A stretch of DNA of 39,137 nucleotides from positions 1-39,137 of the IMG/VR virus record IMGVR_UViG_3300033406_000017; one strand, 5' to 3'. The notes under the pieces were generated by a model. The model worked only from the letters and a program-made list of their open reading frames with translations, did no database searches and had not been told where the DNA came from. Of the stretch, positions 8,624 to 14,717 are shown in pieces (within the stretch, counting starts at the first letter, position 1; the number at the start of each line of letters is the position of its first letter). A program made the position numbers and the translations under genes. This stretch comes from a virus (Duplodnaviria; Caudoviricetes).

Positions 8624-9153
8624 GCTGCACCGCCTTTGTCTTCAGCGAGCGCGACCTGCACCGTCTTGATGATGCGGCACAGGTACTCATAATCCGGATT
8701 CGACTTCTCCGGCAGGCGATACCACCACTCGTCGCCAAGTAGCTTGACCATCTCCTCATTAATCGACCAGAGGCCGTCAACCGTCTCCGGAAAATCGGCT
8801 TCCTCGATCTCGTCGAACTGCTCGCGGGCTTCTTCGTGAGACAGCAAGCCGCGCTTGCGCTCTTTGATTATCGTCCGCTTGAGCGAGTCTGAGAGGTGTT
8901 CCGGATCGAAGATGTTCGCAGGCAGATTCGGGTCCAGATTGCCGGCGAGATAATGGTCGCTGCACCAGCAGAAGAACTGCGCGATGGTTTGCTTACCCAT
9001 TCCGCCCCAGTACGACGCCCACGACTTACCCCAGCATTCGATGTTGATGCGGCCTTGGCCAGGCCCTAGGTCGCTCAGCATGACGCGGATCGGATCGAGG
9101 CCTTTGACTTCTGTGATCTCGATCTGACGGACGGTGCTCTCGGTTACCTTCAT
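8620..9153 (-). CDS. Conserved hypothetical phage protein
   Basis: LDPIRV...GRINIECWGKSWASYWGGMG pattern recurrent in proteobacterial prophages. Confidence 0.75.
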   Translation of the reverse strand: MKVTESTVRQIEITEVKGLDPIRVMLSDLGPGQGRINIECWGKSWASYWGGMGKQTIAQFFCWCSDHYLAGNLDPNLPANIFDPEHLSDSLKRTIIKERKRGLLSHEEAREQFDEIEEADFPETVDGLWSINEEMVKLLGDEWWYRLPEKSNPDYEYLCRIIKTVQVALAEDKGGAA

Positions 9154-9377
9154 GCTGCACCTCCTTCGACTACTCGGTAGGCGATGATGTCGCCATCATG
9201 TCCGCCGTGCTGCCAGTCAAGCCAGTAGTCGTCGTCACCAACCGGGCATTCATCGCCATCACGAAATCTGATCCACACCATCACCCCTTCTGCAACCGGA
9301 CACTCGCCACCATTCCACTCGATCCAGCCGTCAGCATCATTAGAAAACAGAGCCGCCGATGTATGCTTTGCATCCAT
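9150..9377 (-). CDS. Hypothetical phage protein
   Basis: GWIEWNGGECPV...RFRDG...W.H....GDIIAYRV module; start at ATG 9377 with GGAG SD. Confidence 0.7.
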   Translation of the reverse strand: MDAKHTSAALFSNDADGWIEWNGGECPVAEGVMVWIRFRDGDECPVGDDDYWLDWQHGGHDGDIIAYRVVEGGAA

Positions 9378-9498
9378 ATCGTTCTCCAAAAAGATCCCGC
9401 CAGCCCTACAGGTGCTTCGATACTCAGCCTGTGGCCTGTTCTCGTCACTGTAGAAGCCGGCGGGGTTAAGCCGATTGGATCGGCGAGGGGAGGAAACT

Positions 9499-9582
9499 TG
9501 AAGCGGGTTTGAGGAATCGAACCTCGGCCTATCGGCACGCCTTTAGGTTAGTAACCTAATGCTCTCCATGAGCTAAACCCGC
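9499..9582 (-). tRNA. Atypical tRNA or tRNA-like RNA, anticodon ACT, tRNA-Gly-like body
   Basis: GCGGGTT TA GCTC ATGGA GAGC A TTAGG TT-ACT-AA CCTAA [16-nt variable] CGAGG TTCGATT CCTCA AACCCGC T TCA; 7/7 acceptor and 5/5 anticodon stem, short D loop, no encoded CCA. Confidence 0.6.
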
Positions 9583-9588
9583 ATGTTG

Positions 9589-9663
9589 TGGAGCAGGGCG
9601 CGGGAATCGAACCCGCTTAACTGGAATGGAAATCCAGGCCACAACACAATATGTCAGCCCTGC
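9589..9663 (-). tRNA. tRNA-Gly(TCC) with degenerate D arm
   Basis: GCAGGGC TG ACAT ATTGTGTT GTGG C CTGGA TT-TCC-AT TCCAG TTAA GCGGG TTCGATT CCCGC GCCCTGC T CCA. Confidence 0.75.
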
Positions 9664-9671
9664 GTGTTGAA

Positions 9672-9776
9672 GTTGGTGGTAGGTGCTGATCTCCTACTTT
9701 GGCAACCGCGCACGGATAGCTTGCCTGCCATATCCACGCTCTACGTTTAGCGCATCAGCACTGCGCATACACCAAC
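9672..9776 (-). ncRNA. tRNA-shaped RNA with complementary D and T loops
   Basis: GTTGGTG/CACCAAC closing stem; GCGC-AGTGCTGAT-GCGC arm; GTAGG-AGATCAGCA-CCTAC arm; loops TGCTGAT/ATCAGCA are complementary. Confidence 0.65.
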
Positions 9777-9870
9777 ACGGGAGGCGGCTGTCAAGCTGAC
9801 TAATCAGCAATCTCTCGATTTGTCACAACCGCCTTTCGTGTTCCACCTGCTCTTACCCGGCAAGGGGTTT

Positions 9871-9968
9871 AGGTGTTTGGCAGGAATCGAACCCACTACC
9901 TCGGTCATTAGCTAAAGGAATATTTCACCCTGCCAGCCCGCGATCTAACCAGTGATCTACACCAACAC
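9871..9968 (-). ncRNA. Degenerate tRNA-like RNA with expanded central arm
   Basis: TA GATC ACTGGTTA GATC D arm; GTGGG TTCGATT CCTGC T arm; bulged GGTGTT/AACACC closing stem; no 7-nt anticodon loop. Confidence 0.5.
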
Positions 9969-10100
9969 CAAGGCGGGCCGGGCTTGATTCCGGCTCATCG
10001 CGGTCCCCTAGAAGCACTCGCAGTCTGCTGGCCGATGCACACCTACCGCGAACCCCATCGGTCGTGCGTTTCCTTCAACGCCGCCGCCTTGGTGTTGGTG
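9960..10100 (-). ncRNA. tRNA-like RNA with 17-bp closing stem and large central insert
   Basis: CACCAACACCAAGGCGG/CCGCCTTGGTGTTGGTG perfect IR; GCGTT-GAAGGA-AACGC arm; GCCGG-AATCAAGC-CCGGC arm; internal TCGCGGT/ACCGCGA stem. Confidence 0.55.
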
Positions 10101-10193
10101 CGGGAACTTGGCATCCCGCTCTCCGTCCCGGTTCTCCGGTATAGCCCGATGACTACCTACGGGCGGCACTGCTGACTGCTACTGCGACCAACA
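10093..10193 (-). ncRNA. Highly degenerate tRNA-like RNA
   Basis: TGTTGGT/ACCAACA closing stem stacked on a GCGGGA-TGCCAAGT-TCCCGC T-like arm. Confidence 0.35.
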
Positions 10194-10299
10194 GTGGTGG
10201 AATCTAGCCCTGCGCAGGTTGCTACCGACCAGCCTCACAGGTCCAATGCCTTGGTAATCTGCTTATCTGGCAACTCGCACTAGATTCCACCACTGTTGG
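10188..10299. repeat. 20-bp perfect inverted repeat enclosing 72 nt
   Basis: CCAACAGTGGTGGAATCTAG (10188-10207) / CTAGATTCCACCACTGTTGG (10280-10299). Confidence 0.85.
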
Positions 10300-10374
10300 C
10301 CCCGGTCTATTCCCGAGCGCCAGATGGATACGACCCATCCTCTCCGCGTCATGACCCGCTTCGAGCGTTAGCGA

Positions 10375-11382
10375 CTAGACTTCAACAAAGTTTCCGTTGT
10401 CGTCCAATTGGTAAAACACGCCATCCTTGATTCCGTTTTCTCCTTCGTAAGCAACCGATACGCGATAGCGTTTTTCCGATTCGACCCAGCGCGTCAAAAC
10501 GATGCATCCGTTTTTGCCTACGCTTGCGGTGCAACTTAGCGCAGCAGCGCACGCGAGGCTGGAGTCACCCGAAGCAGCCAACTGGCTGTAGTCACCCGAA
10601 GCAGCCAACTTGCTGTAGTGACCCGAAGCAGCCAACTTGCTGGAGTCACCCGAAGCAGCCAACTGGCTGGAGTGACCCGAAGCAGCCAACTGGCTGGAGT
10701 AACCCGAAGCAGCCAACTGGCTGGAGTCACCCGAAGCAGCCAACTTGCTGTAGTCACCCGAAGCAGCCAACTTGCTGTAGTGACCCGAAGCAGCCAACTT
10801 GCTGGAGTGACCCGAAGCAGCCAACTGGCTGGAGTGACCCGAAGCAGCCAACTGGCTGGAGTCACCCGAAGCAGCCAACTGGCTGGAGTCACCCGAAGCA
10901 GCCAACTGGCTGTAGTCACCCGAAGCAGCCAACTTGCTGTAGTGACCCGAAGCAGCCAACTTGCTGGAGTCACCCGAAGCAGCGGGAGCATCCGACGAAC
11001 AAGCATCGGATATGAACTTGATGGCTGATTTAATGAAGCTTGGAATAGAAAGCTCGGCTTCAATCGTCAGTTTTGCTGATGCGATTTTTGAATCATCGCC
11101 ATGACGCGAAATTGATCCGGATGCCTTGACCGTTGCGAAGCGATTAAGCCGCCCGTCATCGCCGATTAGTGGGTAGTAGTTCAGAACATCGAGCGGGTTT
11201 TCGCAGGAATGGAAGCCGGAGTTACACGCTTTCACGGCGCCTTCATGCTCGAAAGTTTTGCCGATTTCGAACTGATAGCCACGGCATTTCAAGTCTTTGT
11301 CGAAGCCCTTGAATGCAAGCACAGTTTCAACTTGCTGGATTTCGTTGTCGTTATTTTCAACGCCGACCGATTCTTCGTTCAT
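10375..11382 (-). CDS. Phage protein with DUF7666-like N-domain and 9-aa tandem repeats
   Basis: AFKGFDKDLKCRGYQFEIGK...CNSGFHSCENPLDVLNYY; AASGxxSxL repeats; C-terminal GENGIKDGVFYQLDDNGNFVEV. Confidence 0.85.
   Translation of the reverse strand: MNEESVGVENNDNEIQQVETVLAFKGFDKDLKCRGYQFEIGKTFEHEGAVKACNSGFHSCENPLDVLNYYPLIGDDGRLNRFATVKASGSISRHGDDSKIASAKLTIEAELSIPSFIKSAIKFISDACSSDAPAASGDSSKLAASGHYSKLAASGDYSQLAASGDSSQLAASGDSSQLAASGHSSQLAASGHSSKLAASGHYSKLAASGDYSKLAASGDSSQLAASGYSSQLAASGHSSQLAASGDSSKLAASGHYSKLAASGDYSQLAASGDSSLACAAALSCTASVGKNGCIVLTRWVESEKRYRVSVAYEGENGIKDGVFYQLDDNGNFVEV
10558..10983 (-). repeat. Coding 27-bp tandem repeat, ~16 units
   Basis: GCTGCTTCGGGT(G/C/T)ACT(C/A)CAGC(C/A)AGTTG repeated head-to-tail with no spacers. 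Confidence 0.95.
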
Positions 11383-11406
11383 GGTTTCCTCCGTTTATAT
11401 ACTGAT

Positions 11407-11470
11407 CACATCGGAGCAGTCTGGTTACACACACGGCCTGTTCCAGAAGCCGCCAGACCGCTCCGATGTG
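11407..11470 (-). repeat. 18-bp intergenic stem-loop
   Basis: CACATCGGAGCAGTCTGG / CCAGACCGCTCCGATGTG; the single mismatch is a G-U pair on the - strand. Confidence 0.75.
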
Positions 11471-11508
11471 CCCACTGTGGTCAATGGGCTTGCTAAGACG
11501 CTTTTCTA

Positions 11509-11796
11509 TTACTTCTCAATCCCTGCAAGTTTTGCTTCGAGTTCTGCGACCCTGGAACGAAGCAAAGCTATCTCTTTCTGTTCGTATCCGTCATCAAGCA
11601 TCTCTTGACCGGACTCGTCATAGACAATGACGCGGATACAGTCGCCGATATTGATATTCCCGGCGCACTGGTGGCACACAGAAACAGAAGCCTCGTCAGA
11701 GTTGTACGCCTGATTTGCGGCATCCTCCGGCGACTCCGCTTTGACTTCAACACCCCAATCTGCGGAGAAAATCAGAGACACGTTGTATTTGTTCAT
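11509..11796 (-). CDS. Hypothetical phage protein
   Basis: VEVKAESPEDA...CHQC; coiled-coil tail. Confidence 0.7.
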   Translation of the reverse strand: MNKYNVSLIFSADWGVEVKAESPEDAANQAYNSDEASVSVCHQCAGNINIGDCIRVIVYDESGQEMLDDGYEQKEIALLRSRVAELEAKLAGIEK

Positions 11797-11818
11797 AACC
11801 GTTTCCTAGTTGTCACAT

Positions 11819-11896
11819 CAAATCGAATGAGCCGGTTTTGGTTGTCGACACCGGAACACTTCCTTTCGTAAAAGTTAGTCCGGCTCATTCGATTTG
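11819..11896. repeat. 17-bp perfect intergenic inverted repeat
   Basis: CAAATCGAATGAGCCGG / CCGGCTCATTCGATTTG. Confidence 0.8.
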
Positions 11897-11920
11897 CCGC
11901 CTCGTTAGAAGCGGATATTT

Positions 11921-12112
11921 CTACCAGGCGCCGATCCAGACGCCGGTTCCATGAACCCAAGCTACCGGAAAAAAAATCGCGCCAGCAATGAGAAAACCCC
12001 ACGAACTGGCTTTGAGGCAAACAACAACATGGGTAATCCAAGCGGCAGCAACCCAAGCCAACAGCGCGATTGCGACAACATACCCGCTGCCTTTTTGATA
12101 ACGGACATTCAT
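11921..12112 (-). CDS. Small membrane protein, first clear gene of the PL operon
   Basis: AAWITHVVVC...WGFLIAGAIFFPVAWVHG.G.W; GGAG SD. Confidence 0.75.
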   Translation of the reverse strand: MNVRYQKGSGYVVAIALLAWVAAAWITHVVVCLKASSWGFLIAGAIFFPVAWVHGTGVWIGAW

Positions 12113-12132
12113 ATTTTCTCCAGTTGGTTAAT

Positions 12133-12274
12133 CACATTGAAGGCGGCTGGCGACTTGCTTAAGGTCGCTAGGTTTTTCGGGCTACATCGTTTCAGGGTTG
12201 CGCCCCTACTTCCATCACTGGCTAATGCTCGTCGTGCCTTACCACGGTCATATAAGCCAGCCGCCTTCAATGTG
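12133..12274. repeat. 19-bp perfect inverted repeat enclosing 104 nt in the PL leader
   Basis: CACATTGAAGGCGGCTGGC / GCCAGCCGCCTTCAATGTG. Confidence 0.8.
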
Positions 12275-12437
12275 CCGCCTGTTGCCAAGCGGCTTGCACA
12301 TCAACTCCCTTGTCTCGTCCTCTGCGTTAAGCACTCGGCATCCGTTCCCATAACGGCGCATCAGAGATGTGGATTTGATGGTTACTTCGATCAACTTGTA
12401 CCGGGCCACGCTGTTCTGTGGATGGGTGCCATCTGGC

Positions 12438-12446
12438 TAAAGAGCG
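12438..12446 (-). promoter_or_regulatory. boxA antitermination element (nutL-like)
   Basis: CGCTCTTTA on the - strand about 115 nt downstream of PL. Confidence 0.55.
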
Positions 12447-12567
12447 GTGCTGCTGATTTGCTACCAACGTCGGCTTGGAGTCTCGGTATCTTGGCTCTCT
12501 CCACCCCTGGCGCCCTGTGTTCCGGTGCGTTACTGGTTGCGGACTGTTGTTTGCTGCGATGGAATGA

Positions 12568-12628
12568 ATTATCCATATATGGCACGGCTATGTCAATACG
12601 TTACGGCAAATAAATTCCAGATATGGAT
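12568..12628 (-). promoter_or_regulatory. PL promoter with two operators
   Basis: TTGACA (12596-12591), 17 nt, GATAAT (12573-12568); operators TCCATATATGGC (12572-12583) and TTCCAGATATGGAT (12615-12628). Confidence 0.85.
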
Positions 12629-12640
12629 TTTACGGGCGAC

Positions 12641-12662
12641 AAAAAACCCGCCGAAGCGGGTT
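12641..12662 (-). terminator. Intrinsic terminator insulating PL from immunity-region transcription
   Basis: AACCCGC-TTCG-GCGGGTTTTTT on the - strand. Confidence 0.85.
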
Positions 12663-12687
12663 GTGTGGTTATGCGTCCTGCTTACAG

Positions 12688-12969
12688 TCAATATGACGGG
12701 CGATATGGGCGCTGATACTGGCCTTCGTTGTTACCTCTTGGCGGGGCATATTCCTGTTGCACTTTGTACGGGTCTCGCGTCCCTTGTTGCCCAGTGTAAG
12801 GATTGGAGTTGCCCTGCGAAGAGTAGTTGTTATACGGGTTCCTGTCCGGTCCTGACTGGTAGTGCGGAGCTACGTACGTGCCGTCTTTGCGGATGTATCC
12901 ATTGTGCAGGTTGTCAGCCAGGACAGACGTTGAGGCCAGTATTGCTGCTGCAATAACTATGTTTTTCAT
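12688..12969 (-). CDS. Small secreted/periplasmic protein in the immunity region
   Basis: Signal peptide MKNIVIAAAILASTSVLA; GYIRKDGTYVAPHY...NN...GNSNPYTGQQGT motif. Confidence 0.75.
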   Translation of the reverse strand: MKNIVIAAAILASTSVLADNLHNGYIRKDGTYVAPHYQSGPDRNPYNNYSSQGNSNPYTGQQGTRDPYKVQQEYAPPRGNNEGQYQRPYRPSY

Positions 12970-13195
12970 GTTGAGCGCTCCATTTGTTCCCGATGATGTG
13001 ACTAAAAGCGTGAAAAATTCCACATTCCGGCGCGTTTTGATAAAACCTGAACTTAGTTTTGTAAATATTTGTATCGAATCGAAAAACGACGAAAATCAAT
13101 TTCAATGTCATTGAAAACTATGCGGTTTGTGTCAATTGCAGCCAGCCGCAACAAGGCCCATAATCTATTTACAGTATTTCATACAGTACATAAAA

Positions 13196-13351
13196 ATGGG
13201 TAATGACCAGGGAACATCACTGCAGGATATTGTCGATCTTCACCAGAGCGGAGATGCTGTTCGCGTCTATGTCGTCGTGCAGTCAAAAGACGGCGCGCTA
13301 AGTGAATTTCAGTTTGATGCTATTCAGGAGGAAGACCTTTCTTCATCCTAG
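13196..13351 (+). CDS. Small acidic protein convergent with the repressor
   Basis: 51 aa from ATG 13196; upstream TTGCAG-17-CATAAT promoter; 3' end overlaps the repressor 3' end. Confidence 0.45.
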   Translation: MGNDQGTSLQDIVDLHQSGDAVRVYVVVQSKDGALSEFQFDAIQEEDLSSS

Positions 13352-13685
13352 CGAATGCCAGCTTTGAAGAGATGAAGAACGAGGCCTCGCTTTGATCTTT
13401 ATCGTCTAGCTCTCTGAACTTCTGCAGCAGAACGATCTCTGCTGCGCTGAGTCCTCCTGCCTCGCCGGGTGGGCTGACGAACTCAGCAAGCGATAGGCCA
13501 AACGCTTTGGCTATCGCCTCCACGTTGTCAATCGATACATTGACATCGTCAGCAATCTTTATGCGCCTGATCGTGTTCTTACCGACACCGGATTTTTTGC
13601 TGACTTTTTCCAGGTTGTCGAGCGCTGGTGTTACCCGCATTAGGTAATCCAGTCGATCAGCCATCACTTCTTTTGTAGTTTTCAT
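13320..13685 (-). CDS. cI: Prophage repressor (XRE HTH, no peptidase domain)
   Basis: HTH LEKVSKKSGVGKNTIRRIK...VSIDNVEAIAKAFG; divergent from cro across shared operators. Confidence 0.8.
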   Translation of the reverse strand: MKTTKEVMADRLDYLMRVTPALDNLEKVSKKSGVGKNTIRRIKIADDVNVSIDNVEAIAKAFGLSLAEFVSPPGEAGGLSAAEIVLLQKFRELDDKDQSEASFFISSKLAFARMKKGLPPE

Positions 13686-13691
13686 CTCGCG

Positions 13692-13767
13692 ATTTTCTAA
13701 TAAAACAATTTCCAGATGTGGCCGTTGATTCGATTCCAGATATGGAATAAAATGGCCACATGTGCAA
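13692..13767. promoter_or_regulatory. OR region: PR, PRM-like promoter and operators
   Basis: PR TTGATT (13725-13730), 17 nt, TAAAAT (13748-13753); operators TTCCAGATGTGGCC (13710-13723) and TTCCAGATATGGAA (13734-13747), core CCANATRTGG as at PL. Confidence 0.8.
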
Positions 13768-13954
13768 AGAAACCATGCTCCAGTTCGTTCTCGGTCGTCT
13801 TGACGCGTGTCGCGGCAAGCATCGTGAGGTTGCCGCTAATTCCGGCGTTCCTTACTCGACCGTGAAGAAGATTGCCTGTCGCATTACGCCGAACCCTGGC
13901 GTTAATCACGTCCAGACGCTGAGCGACTACTTCAAATCCAAGAAGGCTGCGTGA
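13760..13954 (+). CDS. cro: Cro-like HTH protein
   Basis: REVAANSGVPYSTVKKIA...PNPGVNHVQTLSDYF; first gene from PR. Confidence 0.8.
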   Translation: MCKETMLQFVLGRLDACRGKHREVAANSGVPYSTVKKIACRITPNPGVNHVQTLSDYFKSKKAA

Positions 13955-14041
13955 AATGTTTGCTGTGTTCATGCAAAAAATTTTCGGCCTGTTTGTACCT
14001 GTAACGCTACGTGGAACACATAGAACATTTCAGGAGGAAGT

Positions 14042-14404
14042 ATGAAACAGCGCGACTTTGGATGGTTAGCTGAACTCAAGGCTCCCGTTCTTACCGATAG
14101 CGTTTTGCTATCTCATTGCAACACGTCTCATGACGCAATTCTGCTCACGTGGAACCAGCGTCGAGTCAAGTACAGCCAGGCTGATGCTGCGGCAATGCTC
14201 GAAATGCCGAAGTCTCACCTGTCGAACATTCTCAGCGGCCAGAAGTATCTACCAGATGACCTGCGTGTTCCGTTCATGTGGCTGTGTGGTTCGCTAGCTC
14301 TTCGTCAGTTTGAGGATAAGCAAATGGCTGACCTCGGCATTGACATGGAGCTTATGGAAGCCGAGCGCAAGCTGAGCGAGCTAAAGGCACGGAGGGCAGC
14401 ATGA
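14042..14404 (+). CDS. CII-position HTH transcriptional regulator
   Basis: YSQADAAAMLEMPKSHLSNILSG HTH; follows cro; AGGAGG SD. Confidence 0.7.
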   Translation: MKQRDFGWLAELKAPVLTDSVLLSHCNTSHDAILLTWNQRRVKYSQADAAAMLEMPKSHLSNILSGQKYLPDDLRVPFMWLCGSLALRQFEDKQMADLGIDMELMEAERKLSELKARRAA

Positions 14405-14526
14405 GTTCAGTTCAAGTTGAAGAACTAATCATGTGCGCGATCTGCGTTATTCCGCTGCTCATTGTTGGCGTTGGCGTTCTCCATCTGCTGCTGTCTGGCG
14501 ATCCGTGCGAAGAGGTCGGCGAATGA
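14401..14526 (+). CDS. Small single-TM protein
   Basis: MSSVQVEELIMCAICVIPLLIVGVGVLHLLLSGDPCEEVGE; ATGA coupled at both ends. Confidence 0.5.
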   Translation: MSSVQVEELIMCAICVIPLLIVGVGVLHLLLSGDPCEEVGE

Positions 14527-14717
14527 TGTTCGACACCTCCGCGCAAGTCCTGGCACTGAAGCGCATCGCTACGGACGAGAGCCATTCAAAGATGGCCGGC
14601 ATCAACCATATTCCTGCCCTATCTCTGTGCTGCTCTTGTGGCAAGCGCCGCACTTCATCGACCGGCAAGTTTAAGCGGTCTGGTGCGTTCGTCTGTAATG
14701 GATGTGGCCGCAAATGA
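14523..14717 (+). CDS. Small zinc-ribbon protein
   Basis: CSC..K...FVCNGC; start moved to ATG 14523. Confidence 0.55.
   Translation: MMFDTSAQVLALKRIATDESHSKMAGINHIPALSLCCSCGKRRTSSTGKFKRSGAFVCNGCGRK

Noticed and set aside
9400-10100. Theta/HDV-like or hammerhead ribozyme next to the tRNAs
   Set aside because: Pseudoknot potential exists in the 9960-10100 insert, but there is too little room for P3/L3 and no CUGANGA/GAAA core was found by eye; a covariance search is needed to exclude it fully
9198-10175. ORFs 9198-9512, 9281-9538 and 9984-10175 as proteins
   Set aside because: No SD or protein-like features; they overlap clear structured RNAs or a better gene
10558-10983. CRISPR array
   Set aside because: Repeats are contiguous 27-mers with no unique spacers, lie in frame within a protein, and no cas genes are present
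10524-11063. Alternative-frame repeat ORFs (163, 175 and 136 aa)
   Set aside because: Shadow frames that are open only because the repeat unit has no stop codon
11951-12956. + strand ORFs of 220 and 169 aa across the PL leader
   Set aside because: Antisense to PL, cross the promoter, operators or terminator, and have no recognisable motifs
13168-13190. Canonical LexA box
   Set aside because: Does not fit CTG-N10-CAG (one good half-site only); kept only as a weak hint in the repressor finding
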